The notes beneath the pieces were generated by a model. It saw nothing but the letters and a program-made list of their open reading frames with translations. It was not told the DNA's origin and ran no database searches. A stretch of 63,255 bases of DNA, filler included, from Reclinomonas americana ATCC 50394 (lineage: Eukaryota): the NCBI GenBank assembly GCA_048213135.1. It is 7 parts of 5 records of this genome, joined end to end, with 100 filler letters (N's around TTAATTAATTAA, not from the genome) between each part and the next. Parts side by side here need not be neighbours in the genome. Positions count along the whole stretch, not along the records: positions 1 to 21,739 come from PS015347.1; positions 21,840 to 29,643 come from PS015348.1; 5 more parts are not named here. One strand, 5' to 3'. Numbering within the stretch: the first letter of the stretch is position 1; every line of letters begins with the position of its first letter. Positions 11,661-24,292 of this stretch are shown here, in pieces. The translations under genes were made by a program, and so were the position numbers.

Positions 11661-14600
11661 ATGAGCGAAGGAAGTGGCTCTGCACCACCGGCGCCACCGC
11701 CACCGCCTCCTCCACCAGCACCGACAGCAGCAGCAGCATCGTCACAGGCGGCATCGACAGCTGGACGACTGGTCATTCAGGTGACCATGTTGGAGGAGCA
11801 GCGGAAGAGGTAAAGAGGGATATTGAAGAGGGTGGGAGGGAGATGAAGAGAGGAAGGGGGGGGGGGGGGAGGGGGAGGGGAGGAGGGAGGAGGAGGAGGA
11901 GGAGGGAGGGTAGGGTAGGGGAGGGGAGGGGAGGGAGGAGAGAGAGAGAGAGAGCGCACTTCCGGAGAACATTAGTACGCATGCGTGTTTGCGTGCGTGT
12001 GTGAGTGTGTGTGCATGTGTGTGTGTGTGTGTATGCGTGGGAGAGAGAGGGATTCGAATATATATGTGTGTGCGTTGAAGTGCTTTTCCACATGAGGGTT
12101 TCGTTTGCATTTTGTGAGATGAGTGCGATGAGAGAGTGAAGAAGAGGGAAGCGCAGTGCACCCTCGTTGACATCCTCGAATGCAGCTTGCGCAAGACCGA
12201 AACGCGAGTCAAGACACGCGGCGACATGGGTGTTGCGTTGCATGCACGGTGGCATTGTGTGTCTTCTGCTCTCTCACGATGATGCCTCTCTGCAGCAACT
12301 GTCGGCCGACGACGAGGACGACGTAAATCGGAGGTGAGGGCCACGTTCACGTCGTCCTCTCCCTCCCTCTTTCTCACACCCTCTCGATTGCAGAATTGTG
12401 TCACCACGGACGCTGGCGGCGCGCGGCGTCCCCCAGTCACTGTGGATCTCCAAGAGTCGCGATGGAGCGTCGTGGCACGTCAGCGGGTGCCCGAGCCAGG
12501 AGTTTGTGACCCCTGAAGCGGTGGCTCGTGTGCGGGAACAGTTGGAGGCCACCGGCTTGCCAGTTTCGTGGGGCACACTCTCTGTCGCTGTGCTCCTCTC
12601 TGTCGCTTTGTTCCACTCTGTCGCTCTGTTCCACTCTGTCGCTGTGCTCCCCTCTGTCGCTATGCTACTCTCCGTCGCTGTGCTCCTCTCCTGTCACTGT
12701 GCTCCTCTTGTCGCTTTGTTCCACTATCGCTGTGCTCCTTGTGTCGCTGTGCTCCACTCTGTCGCTGTGCTCCTCCTCTATCGCTGTGCTCCTCCTCTAT
12801 CGCTGTGCTCCACTCTGTCGCTGTGCTCCTCTCCTGTCACTGTGCTCCTCTCCTGTCACTGTGCTCCCTCTCTGTCGCTGTGCTCCCTCTCTGTCGCTGT
12901 GATCCCTCTCTGCCGCTGTGCTCCCTCTCTGTCGCTGTGCTCCCTCTCTCTCGCTGCGCTCCCTCTCTGTCGCTGTGCTCCCTCTCTGTCGCTGTGCTCC
13001 GTCGCTGTGCTCTTCCTCTTGTCGCTCTGCTCCTCTCCTGTCGCTGTGCTCCTTCCTGTCGCTGTGCTCCTTCCTGTCGCTGTGCTCCTCTCCTGTCGCT
13101 GTGCTCCTCTTGTCGCTGTGCTCCTCTCNNNNNNNNNNNNNNNNNNNNNNNNNNNNNNNNNNNNNNNNNNNNNNNNNNNNNNNNNNNNNNNNNNNNNNNN
13201 NNNNNNNNNNNNNNNNNNNNNNNNNNNNNNNNNNNNNNNNNNNNNNNNNNNNNNNNNNNNNNNNNNNNNNNNNNNNNNNNNNNNNNNNNNNNNNNNNNNN
13301 NNNNNNNNNNNNNNNNNNNNNNNNNNNNNNNNNNNNNNNNNNNNNNNCCGCTGTGCTCCTTCCTGTCGCTGTGCTCCTTCCTGTCGCTGTGCTCCTCTCC
13401 TGTCGCTGTGCTCCTCTTGTCGCTGTGCTCCTCTCTGTCGCTGTGCTCCCTCTCTATCACTGTGCTCCTGTCGTCGCTGTGCTCCTCTCTGTTGCTGTGC
13501 TCCCTCTCTGTCGCTGTGCTCCCTCTCTGTCACTGTGCTCCACTCCTGTCGCTGTGCTTCTCCCTCTTGCCGCTACTCCCTCTCACCCTTCCCTCTCTAC
13601 CTCTCTCCCTTCCCGCCTCTCTCTCCTCATCCTCCCTCGCCTCCCAGGTCACCTGGGTGGCCACTCCGCTAACATACACCCGCTGGCCGGCGCACCGACG
13701 GATTGCTCCACGTCGCTTCGATGAGACCACGGGAAAGTGGGAAAAATGTGAAGAACCGGTGGCTGTGTCGGCGAGCGGCGAGGCACCGCGCGAGCTCCGT
13801 ATTATGCAGTGGAATGTGTGGTTTGACGAGCAGGATCAGGAGCGGCGAATGCGGGGTATATTGGTATGTAATCAGCCGCTTCCACCAAAGACGTGCATCG
13901 CAATGACCTCGCGCTTGCGTGCAGGCTGTGGTGGCTGCCGAGCAGCCGGACATTGTGGCGCTGCAGGAGGTGGTGACGGAGACGATGCGCTTCATCACAT
14001 TGGATCCGTACGTGCGCTCGCATTTTTACCTGAGCGATGGGCCGGCAGGTGGCACGCTTGGCCAGTATGGTGGGTGGCGCGGGAAGAGAGAAGAAGCGTC
14101 AAGTCGCTGACTCGGTTGATTTCACAGGCTCGGTCATCATGTCGCGGTATCCGCTCGACAACTTGTGCCTGTTCGACTTTCCGTCGCGCTTGAATCGCGT
14201 GTTGTTGTGGGGTACCATTCGTGTGGGTGGATCGGCGGCGCCGGCGGATGATGTGGTGGTGGGGACGGTGCATTTGGAGAGTTTGCAGCGGTCGGTGGAG
14301 TATCGGCAGACGCAGGTGGGTGGGGGTGGGGAAGGGGGGCAAAGGGGGAAAGGGGGAAAGGGGTAAAGGGGGATGGGAAGGCAGAAGGGAGAAGGGAGAG
14401 AGGAGGGAGAAGGGAGAAGGGAGGAGAGGGAAGGAAGCGGATGAGAGGGAAGAGAAGGAAGGGAAGGAGAGAGGAAGGAGAAGGAAGGAGAAGGAAGGGG
14501 GAAGGGGGAGGTGAAGGGGAGAGAGATACAGGGAGGAAGTGATGGAGAGGACGGCTCAAGGCGGTAGGAATTCTTCTGCGTGATTCTGCTTCATCCTTTT

Positions 14601-16081
14601 CTCTCCTTTTTTCCTGAGCGAGCATGTGGAAAGATAGATGAGGACAGCACTTGCCCTGGGACTAGAATCTGACAACGCTGCTTGCTGATCTGTTGCTTGT
14701 GGCGTTGCACCCTCTCATCCCGAGTTTGTTTTCAGTTTCCTTCGATGTTCCGCTTCTCTCACTCTACTGAGTGAGCAAGGGCAGAAGTGAGGCGTGGGGG
14801 TGCGGGTGTGCTTGTTATTTAGATCGAGCTCTTTTGCCGCACTGGCGCTAGCGATGGGTCGTAGACTATTCTTCCCCTTCGGGGTTCCTCGTTTCTTGGT
14901 CTCGATGAATGAGTAAGCTAGCACGATGGTTGGAGTGGGTACGAGTGTCTGTCTGTTTTCTTGTTGTTCATTGAACTGCGATGCCTCTCAATCGAATGAG
15001 CGACTGAATTTTTAAGATTCGATAGCTGAGTATGTGAGTGGAGCCGGATAAATTAGAGTTCAGCTGTGGTGCTTTCTTCGTGTCCGTCTCTCTGAGTGAG
15101 CGAGTGCGAGGGCAACATGCATAGCGTGTGTTTCTCTGTTGTCATTCGTGCTTCGTTCCCTCCATCTGGAGCGTGGGATCGATAGTGAGCGTATGAGCAA
15201 CTCACTTTGTACACCTGCTTCGTTGGTTTGTCTTCCTTGTCGTCCGAGCGGGAAATGGAGAGTGCATGTTGTCATCGCGAATGTATATCTGACTCAGTTT
15301 ACTGCTCCTTGTCTCTCGCGCTGCTGCGTGTGTGAGAGTGGAGTGAGCTTGGGAGCGAGAGTGAGCGCATGAGCAGTTGTCTTTGTACTATTTCCTTGCT
15401 TGTCGCCTTGCTGAGTGTGAACAGTGAGTGCAGCAGTTGCTTAGAGTACAGTCAGTGAGGTTGATTGCGTCCGATGTTGCTCTGCCCCCCGCCCTTTCCT
15501 TCCCCGCTTTTTGTGCTCCGCTCACACTCTCCTTTCTGCGCAGCTCAACTTGGCATACGAGTTGCTCCGCGACCAGTGCTCCACGCAAGGCTGCTCCGCG
15601 GCGATCCTCCTTGGCGATTTCAACTTTACGCTGCCGACGGAGGACGGCAACATTCCGCCTGATTTTGTAGACGTGTGGGCGCGCTTGCACCCAGAGGATC
15701 CAGGTGAGAGGTGGTGCGAGTAGCAGGAGAATCAAGCACGCTCTCATGGATGTGGCAGGATTCACGCGAGATCCTGTGCGCAACGGCATGTGCCCGCGAC
15801 ACGAACCGCAGGCCCGCATCGATCGCATCACGCTGAGCGAGGTGGTCGATGCGCCGCCGGACATGCACTATCAGGAGGTCGCCGACGTTGACTTGATTGT
15901 GCGGAGTGATGTGGCGACCAAGCCAGCGGCCACCACGCCGCCGGTGGTGAATCACGCGTGGCGGCCCGTGGCCATTCGGTTGATTGGTACGGAGGCGATG
16001 GCGGAGGGTGTGTGGCCGTCGGATCATTTCGGGTTGCTGACGACGGTGGCGAGGGTGACTGAGGGGCGGGGAGGGGAGTGA
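11661..16081 (+). CDS. Endonuclease/exonuclease/phosphatase (EEP) protein, tyrosyl-DNA phosphodiesterase 2-like
   Basis: Motifs 'IMQWNVWF', 'PDIVALQEV', 'GTVHLES', 'LLGDFN', 'DVW..LHP..PGFT', 'RIDRI', 'WPSDHFGL'. Approx exons: 11661-11780, 12297-12332, 12394-12562, 13648-13863, 13925-14069, 14128-14315, 15544-15702, 15759-16081. Confidence 0.85.
12575..13560. repeat. Intronic ~18-21 bp minisatellite (ctgtcgctgtgctcc(t)ctct), spans an N gap
   Basis: Dozens of tandem units inside intron 12563-13647. Confidence 0.9.
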
Positions 16082-16282
16082 GTGGGATGAGGAGAAGGGG
16101 AGAGATATATGAATCCAGGGTCTGATTGTCAACCACGCTACGTCGTCACGCAGACTTTCTTTTTCTTTCTTGTGCCCTCCCTCATTTCTCAGCTCTCTCT
16201 ACGACACGAAGCAAATCAGCAAGTCCTCCAGTTGTCAGCCACAATGTATGGGTCAAGATGGATATCAACGATTCAAACGGCA

Positions 16283-16912
16283 TCAAACGAGCAACAGCAG
16301 TCTTGATGACCATGTCCAACCATTTCCAAAACATCAACACTCATGACACCTCTGCTTCTCGGCGGAGCAGGCGATGCCGTCTTTCCCCCTCTGAGCGTGC
16401 GCCTCCTTCACTCAGCTGGCTTACACTGCCACTCCTCTCGGCGGAGCAGGTGTCCACTTTGCGGAGCTGCAACTGATGCTGCGCTACGGTCGTCGTTCAT
16501 TATTGCTTTCGGATGCTCGTACGGTGGCATGCTGACGGCGTGCTTGCACCCAATACCCGCACGATGTGGCGGAAGATGCGACGTCCTCCGAGCCTTGATC
16601 TCCGAATGACCAGCGCACACCTTTTGTATGTGATCGGCAGCATGGTTTCGGATGAGGACGTGCCGTGCGCGAACCGCTGCGCAGAGTCAAGACGTGTTAC
16701 GAGTTTGCCAAGGGAGTGGCTATCAGAGAGAAAGAGTGCGTTCTCTTGGCCGCATCGAAGAATTCGAACTCGAGCGCAGCGTGTGAAAAGCGTCAAAAAG
16801 CGAAATGATGGCACGGATCTAACAACAACAAATTCTTTCGCCAACAAACAAGCAACAGCTGTCTTGATGACCAAGTTCAACCGTATCCAAACCATCAACA
16901 CAGACACCAGTC
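16283..16912. repeat. Two copies of a dispersed ~70-90 bp element (16283-16350, 16822-16912)
   Basis: 'caaacaagcaacagctgtcttgatgaccaagttcaaccgtatccaaaccatcaacacagacaccagtc', nearly identical to 24035-24118. Confidence 0.85.
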
Positions 16913-18799
16913 TTGAGGTAGCAGCAGGTTCCTTTTGTGTGTGTGTGTGTGTGTGTGTGTTCGCTCTCGGAACTCCGAACAAGTCGAGAACTGCGATTTT
17001 TGCGTGGACTGGCCTTGCTAAGGCCATGCAGCATGATGACAAGCGGATATAAATGCGCTGACAGCTTTCGCTTGCTGCGTTTAACATGCGTCAACAAGCG
17101 GTGGTGACACAATATCAGGAGGTGCTGCGCGATTTCCTTTTTCGCGATCGTACGAGTTTCACTCGGCGCCTTTCATGGCGCGCCGGATCTTCTGCACATC
17201 GATGTAGGCGTCACTTTGGTGAGGATGAATGCACTCACCGAAACCAGAATACGAAAGAAGGGAGAATGGCATGTGGGCGTCGCGATCGATCTGGTGTGAG
17301 CACGCGCACTCATCACTGCGTGGTGGCGCAGTGCTCTCTCCACGCTGTACAATAGAATGGTGAGAACATATGCACACAAGCACGCAGCACGGCGCTGTAC
17401 ACACGGGAGTGACTGCACATCAACAAGAGCCAGTATTGCACACCTCGAATCACCGCCTCGTAGTCCAGACGCAAAATGTGCACACGCTCCCTCGAGTTCG
17501 GCGTGCATGCGTCCGCGCCAGTGGCACTTGCTGACTGCTGCGGAGTGCAACAGTTTTCCGCAGAGCGTGCACCCGGAGAATCGACTTGGGCCTCTTCTGC
17601 GAGAAGGTGCGCATGTCCGGTTCGTCGCAATCTCGCCCTTTGATTTTGGAACCAGCGGCGGACGACTAATCTGTGAATGCAGCGTTGCAGTGAGCGCGTC
17701 TGAGAGGCAGTGCCTGCAACAAAGGGAGGACGAGGTGTGCGAACGAGGAGAGGTCGAGGTCCGAGGCCAAGCTCGCGCGCAATTGCTTGCTCGGGTACTT
17801 GTCGCGCTCGAAAGCACCACGCAGTGACATGAGCTGCGTCTCCGACAGGCACTGTCGTGTGGAGGAAAGCAGACATCATGACTTGGGAAAGCACTGGGAG
17901 AACAACGCGCCGCTCACTTGCGGCATTGACTCGGGCGGTCTCCGTTCCCGGCGACGAGCTGCAAGGTCAGCGACTGCCGGACTGCGGGTGGACGCGTCCC
18001 GATCGTCCACGCAGCACATATTGTCGTGTGTGCGCTGGCAAGCGGCCATCGCTCAGCAAGAAGAAAGAATGCGAGAGTGAAAAACGAGGAGTAATGTGGG
18101 ACGAGATTCAAACCAAGTAAGCGTGTTCTAGGAAATATGTGGTCTGGGTTTTATATTAGCCTGTGCTCTCACACGTCTTTCTAAGTAGAAAAAGGAGAAA
18201 ACAAAAGCTGGCACCGTCACTCTAGTGACTGATGCACTGCTGTCTTGTCGCACCAAACGTCAGTCAGTCACGCGAGGGGGAAAAGGGTCGGGACAAGGTG
18301 GGAGAGAGAAAGAAAGAGAGAGAGAGAGAGAGAGAGGACGAAGGGACGGGGGACGGGGGACCGGGGGGGGACGGGGGGAAGGGGGACGGGAGATAGAGAG
18401 AGAGAGAGAGTCTCGCAAGGACTCGCTCACTCTCTCTCCTCTCTCTCGTTCTCTCAATCTATCTCTCACACTTCTCTCTTTCTCGTCTCTCACTTAGTCT
18501 CTCTCTCTCTCTCTCACTCTCACTCTTTCATCCCTCACCTCCGCTTCCCTCGCTCACTTGCTCGCACACCTCCCACACAGAAACCTTCCGCCGGCGAGCG
18601 ACGATTCCCTCGGAAACAGAATACCGCCCTCAGCCAGGCTTCACCCACCTGTACAGGCAGCACGTAACGCACATGCACACAGAGAGGTGATGCAGCAAAG
18701 GCGTGTGCGTGTGTCAGTCCTGTCGCACGTTTGCCGTCCTGCATGACACATCGTGCCGACGCCAAAAAAACACGATCCCACACACCGCGGCGGTCGCCG

Positions 18800-19312
18800 G
18801 GTGAAGGGTTGGGGGTGGAGAGAGACACTCATCGGTCAAGGGTTGAGGGTGGAGGAGACATTGATCACACGCACTCATCGGTCAAGGGCTGAGGGGTGGA
18901 GAGAGAGACACTAATTGCACACACCGATCAAGGGTTGATGGTAGAGAGAGACGCTAATTCCACGCATACGGATCAAGGGTTGAGGGGTGGAGAGAGACGA
19001 AGGGTTGAGGGTGGAGGAGAGACACTGATCACACGCACACACCGATCAAGGGTCAAGGGGTGGAGGAGAGACACTGATCACACGCACACACCGATCAAGG
19101 GTTTGAGGGGTGGAGAGAGACACTGATCACACGCACACAACGATCAAGGGTTGATGGTGGAGAGAGACACTGATCACACGCACACACCGATCACGGGTCA
19201 AGGGGTGGAGAGAGACACTGATCGCGCACGTACACACATCGATCAAGGGTGGAGGTGGAGAGAGACACTAGTACTGATCACCCACACACACACCAATCAA
19301 GGGTTGAGGGTG
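18800..19312. repeat. ~45-48 bp tandem repeat array, ~11 units
   Basis: Unit ~'gagagagacactgatcacacgcacacaccgatcaagggttgaggggtg'; related array at 28241-28450. Confidence 0.9.
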
Positions 19313-19589
19313 TGTAGGGAAAAGTGGAGTGCTGCATAGAAGTTGATGCGCCTCGAGAGACTGCCTTGCTTCATTCTTCTNNNNNNNNNNNNNNNNNNNN
19401 AGAGATGGGACGGGGAAGGAGATGGAGAAGATAGAGAAGGGAGACAGTGGAGAGGGAGAAGGGAAACAGTGGAGAAGGAGAGACCGGAGAAGGGAGTCAG
19501 TTGGAGAACGGAGACCTAAGGTTAAGATACTGCAATGGTGAAAGGAGAGAGTGGTATTGAACGGGCTGGTGAGAGAAAATAATGAACAA

Positions 19590-20291
19590 ACCTCCCACGA
19601 GTGTCGTCGATGCGCTTGTTGCACAGGCTCTCCACGGCCTCGGCGCGCCGGAGGCAGCCCTTGGTGAGCATGTAGCTGGTGGGCGCCGGGTCGTTGGTGG
19701 CGTGGCACCAGTCCCAGTCATGAGCACGGCGCGATTCGCAAGCATACTTGTGCGTCTGGGCCACCTCGACGCAGGCGTTCTCGCAGAGGAGGGCGGCATG
19801 ATCGTCGCTGACGGCGTGGGAACGGAATCTGTTTGTGCATTCAGCGTTGCGGTCGGAGAAATCGAATATGCAGACAACGCGTGTGTGGAGGTCGACGCAA
19901 CGACTGGAGAGACACAGGCTGAGCAGTGCACGAGCTGAAGGCAAGCTCCGCGCGTTCCAGGCAGGCGTGCCGCAGACCGCTGTGAGTGGCGTCGGCGCGC
20001 TCACACGCGGCCGAGGCCTCGGTGAAGGCACTCACGCAGGCCACGTCCGCCTCACCAGCTGGGAGAGCCATCGAAAGTGCAGGTCAGTGGATGGTGGTGA
20101 GGCAGAGAGATGCGAAGTGACGAGAGAGAGGGACTGGTGACACTGAGATGCGATATGTTCGCAAAACCGCAGCACACTGCGCAGCACGCACGCAGTATTA
20201 CAATACACGCACCGGTAGACTGTTCACTGGCAATGGCGGCAGCCAGCAGCACGGTGGAGACGAGAAGGAGGAGACTGAAACGAGACAACAT
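19590..20291 (-). CDS. Small secreted cysteine-rich protein of unknown function, 3' end uncertain (runs toward gap)
   Basis: ATG 20291 'MLSRFSLLLLVSTVLLAAAIA' signal-peptide-like, GTGCGT donor, then exons 'GEADVACVSAFTEASAACERAD..HACLERAE' and 'LLCENACVEVAQTHKYACE..KGCLRRAEAVESLC'. Confidence 0.6.
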
Positions 20292-20382
20292 GATTCGCTC
20301 TCAGCAGCACAAGGAAAACGCAAGAAGTTGAGGATTCGAATCTCGCAATATTCGCATCTGCANNNNNNNNNNNNNNNNNNNN

Positions 20383-21739
20383 CGATCACCTACGCGCAGC
20401 CGTTCAACAAGGTGCCGCGGTTCCTGTTCGGTTTCGCCGCGTACACGGGTGCCTCGCTCAATGGCGCTGTTGCCGTCGACACCAACTTTGCGTGCACGGT
20501 GTTGAGCAACTTGACGTCGTCCACCGGCAATACCATCAGCTGCAGCTCGGCTGGTGCTGCGACGAGCAGCACCGTGATTCGTTGCGTCTTTGTGCAGGCA
20601 GAAGGGGGGGTTGCAATACTGCCTTTGACTCTTGCATCACAAAACTCCCTCTGTCTCTCTTTCTTTCTGTCTCTGTCTCTCTCTGTCTCTCAATCTCTCT
20701 GTCTCTCAATATCTCTGTCTCTCAATATCTCTGTCTCTCAATATCTCTGTCTCTCAATATCTCTGTCTCTCAATCTCTCTGTCTCTCAATCTCTCTGTCT
20801 CTCAATCTCTCTGTCTCTCAATATCTCTGTCTCTCAATATCTCTGTCTCTCAATCTCTCTGTCTCTCAATATCTCTGTCTCTCAATCTCTCTGTCTCTCA
20901 ATATCTCTGTCTCTCAATATCTCTGTCTCTCAATCTTTCTGTCTCTCAGTCTCTCTCATCTCAGTCTCTCTCTTTCTCTCCTCCTCTCTCTTTCTCTCTC
21001 TCTCTCTCTGTCAACTGCTTCCCTCAGCATGACTGAATCTCTCTCTTTTTTGTGACGCAGAGTCGCTCTTTCGCTTGACTCTTCAACATGTGATCCATGC
21101 TCTCCTTTTGCCCTGACTTTCTGAATACTACAACTGGACTCGGCTCCTCCTCCGTGATGCAGAGTCGCTTTCTTTTGCTTGATTTTCTTAACATCTGGTC
21201 TCTCCACTCTATTTGCCCCAAATCTCTGAGTACTGCAGTTGGACTATGTTTCTTCCTCTACGGCGATGTGCAGAGTCCTTCATCACCTGCTCTGTCGCTG
21301 TTATTCAAGCGTGCTAAGTTGACACCGAGAATGTGGTCATTTCTCTCGTTCACGCGCGGTTTGAGAGAACCCTTTCTTCTCGGTACTCCTTCATTACCGA
21401 CGACTGACAACCCACCCTCCTGCCATTTCCAACTTCTAATGTGATAGTTGTTGGTAGACACTCAGAGGCTTCGGGAGAAGAACGATTAGGAACCAACTCA
21501 TCTCAATTTTGTCGTCTCCTATCGTTCAACTTTTGTATACTTGTCCCCCACTTTGCCACTCAACCATTTACCAAACCTCGCTGTGCAGAGTACCTGGCAT
21601 TCGCGCAGGCAAGCAGCATGGTCAGCGCCAATGGCCTGGTGAGCCGCTCCAACAGCAGCGCCTGGAACTCGACGTCCACCAGCAAGAACAGCACTCTGGT
21701 TGCGTGCCACCTGCAATGCATTTTCTGGCAGTGCGTAAG
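20383..21739 (+). CDS. H-type lectin-like domain protein, partial at both ends
   Basis: 'ITYAQPFNKVPRFLFGF..' joined across intron 20581-21588 to 'QYLAF'; this resembles the H-type lectin pattern I-x-F/Y-x3-F-x3-P ... Y-x-A. Confidence 0.5.
20660..20945. repeat. Intronic 18-bp minisatellite (tctctgtctctcaata/tc)
   Basis: About 15 near-perfect tandem units. Confidence 0.9.
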
Positions 21740-21839
21740 NNNNNNNNNNNNNNNNNNNNNNNNNNNNNNNNNNNNNNNNNNNNTTAATTAATTAANNNNN
21801 NNNNNNNNNNNNNNNNNNNNNNNNNNNNNNNNNNNNNNN
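21740..21839. other. Artificial contig-joining spacer (N-TTAATTAATTAA-N)
   Basis: TTAATTAATTAA (stops in all six frames) embedded in Ns; the same spacer occurs at 29688, 40762, 47891, 59609 and 61539. Confidence 0.97.
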
Positions 21840-22196
21840 CTGAGGGAGGCGGCGGGGGTGGTGAAGGAGGGGGAGAAGGGAAAGGGGAAGGAGGGGAAGG
21901 AGGACAAGGAGGGGAATAAGGGGAAGGGGGAGACGATGGGAGAAATGTACAGTGATTGATCGACACATTGAAAGAGGATGTATCACGTGAGCGTGCTGTT
22001 GTTGTGCGGCACATCGGAGCGATGTCATAGCATAGCAGGCGGTAAATACAAAAACAGCGCGTCCTGCATGACACTAACAATCTCACGCCACGTGACACAA
22101 CGGAGCAGTCTGCCACGAGCATACTGTGTGTGAGAGACCTTGAGCAACAAGCTGCATCCTCCTCAAGAGCGAGAAACAACGAACTTCAAAGAGAGT

Positions 22197-23793
22197 ATGT
22201 CGGTGAGTGGGGGGACGCGAATCCGAACACACCACACGCGGAAAATCATCACTGTCGTCATTACTTGCGCATTCTGTCTGCGTGCCTGTGGTACAGTTCT
22301 CTGTGTCCGTGAGTGCGGCGCATGATTCGTCGCTGTCGGTGGTGGTGGAGGGCGTGACGGCCATGTCCACTCTCGCAGACTTGCTGCGCGAGGCCACTCG
22401 CTTGCTGCGAGAGAAGAGTGGGAATGGGGCGATGAAGATTGTGGGAGTGGAGAAGCCGCTGTCACTCGACATTGAGGAAGGAGGAGGGATGGAACTCGAG
22501 GATCTGGGTATTTCTGCTCACACGCCACTCATAGTGCGACTGGCCGTGACAGATGACCTTGCGAGCGCGCCAGAGGCCAGTGGCGGATCGAGTGCGAGGT
22601 ACGTAAAGATTGATCATCGCGCGATGTGCATTGTGGATTCGATGGGCTAACTGATGCGTGAATGCGCAAACAGGATAATTGGCGCCCATCGTGTGAGTGT
22701 TCTGCCGCCTCCATCTCCTCACGTTGCTTCTTCCGCTCGTCGCTCTTACTCATTGTACTTTTCCCAGGTCTTGAAGGGACACACACACGCTGTGCGATCC
22801 GTGTGCATCACGCCCTGTGGTGAATTCATCGTGAGTGGAAGTCTCGACAAAACAGTGCGAGTGTGGTATCTGGCGACTGGTGAGGAAGTGCGTCGGATGC
22901 AGGGACACACTCGTGGCGTGACCTCTGTCGCCGTCGCCCCCGACGGCCAGCACGTTGTGAGCGGCAGTCAAGATAAGACAGTACGCGTTTGGTCGCTGGC
23001 GAGTGGCGAGGAAGTGCGACGGTTGGAGGGGCACACTTACTGGGTGTGGTCTGTTGCTGTCACTCCCGACGGTCGGTACATCGTAAGTGGGGGAGATGAC
23101 CAATCAGTTAGAATGTGGTCTCTGGCAAGCGGAGAAGAAGTGCGAAGGATGGAGGGACACACTGGCTCTGTGTCCGCCGTCGCTGTTTCTCCCGATGGCC
23201 AGTTCGTGGTGACCGGAAGCTACGATACGACTGTGCGCATGTGGTCGTTGACGAGCGGGGAAGAAGTTCGTCGACTGGAAGGACCCAGTTGCTGGGTGTG
23301 GGCAGTTGCAGTGCCTCCCGATGGTCACCATGTTGTGAGCGGGAGTGACGACAAGATCGTGCGCATGTGGTCTCTGCAGAGTGGGGAGCGAGTGCGACAG
23401 CTGGTGGGACACGCCGGTCCAGTGTATTCTATCGCTGTCACTCCCGATGGGCAGCAGTTTGTATGCGGGAGCGAAGGAACGGTGCTTGTGTGGTGTGCAT
23501 CGAGTGGAGAAATGGTACAACGGTTGCCTGGCCACGTTGGGGAAGTGTGGTCTGTGTGTGTATCAGCAGATGGGCAGCATATTGTGAGTGCAGGGTCGGA
23601 CGAGACGATACGGATGTGGTCGACGCCACATGGCCTCGCCCGTATCGAACTCGACAGTGCGCGTTCGGCGCTGCAGGCTGTCATGGAAATGGAACGCGGT
23701 GCGCAGAGGACGGCGGACTCGCATTGTCTGCCGGAGACTGTGCTGCGCCGTTGTATTGTTGAAGACGCCGAAGTTGTTTTCTACCGTTGCTGA
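22197..23793 (+). CDS. WD40-repeat protein (7 repeats) with N-terminal ubiquitin-like domain
   Basis: Exons 22197-22202, 22297-22598, 22674-22692 (19-nt micro-exon restoring phase), 22768-23793. Seven 'GH..V.SV..PDG..IVSGS.D.TVR.W' repeats. N-terminus 'FSVSV..STLADLL..LEDLGISAHTPLIV' resembles a beta-grasp fold. Confidence 0.85.
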
Positions 23794-24034
23794 TTGGGTG
23801 AAGAAGAGTCGTGCACAATAGACAGTAAGTGAGTGAGAGAGTCAACTGATATCTGCATGTATTGGTCTTTGTTGTTCAACCTCTCTCTCCATCTGGGTTG
23901 TTTCATGTCTTGTGAAGGATGTGTGAATAAACTGCGTATGTGGGCAGAAAAAGAGTGTTCAGTCTTGGCTCACCAGTGGACGAAGAAAGCAAGATCTCTT
24001 GACCTCGCTTCCGTTTTACTGCAAGTCATAAGAT

Positions 24035-24118
24035 ACAACAACAACAACAGCAAACAAGCAACAGCTGTCTTTGTGACCAAGTTCAACCGTATCCAAAGCA
24101 TCAACACAGACACCAGTC
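24035..24118. repeat. Copy of dispersed element between convergent WD40 and ankyrin genes
   Basis: Near identity to 16822-16912. Confidence 0.85.
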
Positions 24119-24292
24119 ACTGTTTTCCACCAAAACACATTACTGTCATCCTCTCTTCAGATCGTCATGCAACTTTCTCGATGTGAAGATCGTGAATATA
24201 GTGCATTGGCTTGTTGATACATAAGTAGCGACACTCTGTGTCCCACCCGCAATCCATTGAACCGAGTTCCGCACTCTTTTACCTTTCACACA

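Noticed and set aside
12398..14193. Long Cys-rich or hydrophobic ORFs (RCAP / SVAVL repeats)
   Set aside because: Translations of an intronic minisatellite and Ns; the real exons flank it.
18800..19312. CRISPR-like array
   Set aside because: Units are contiguous degenerate tandem copies with no unique spacers; eukaryotic context and no cas genes.
18800..19312. Telomere repeats (agggtt-like words)
   Set aside because: Single words inside a 47-bp unit, not a tandem TTAGGG-type tract.
21784..21795. TTAATTAATTAA palindrome recurring six times
   Set aside because: Always embedded in N runs; an artificial six-frame-stop contig linker. Adjacency across it has no biological meaning.
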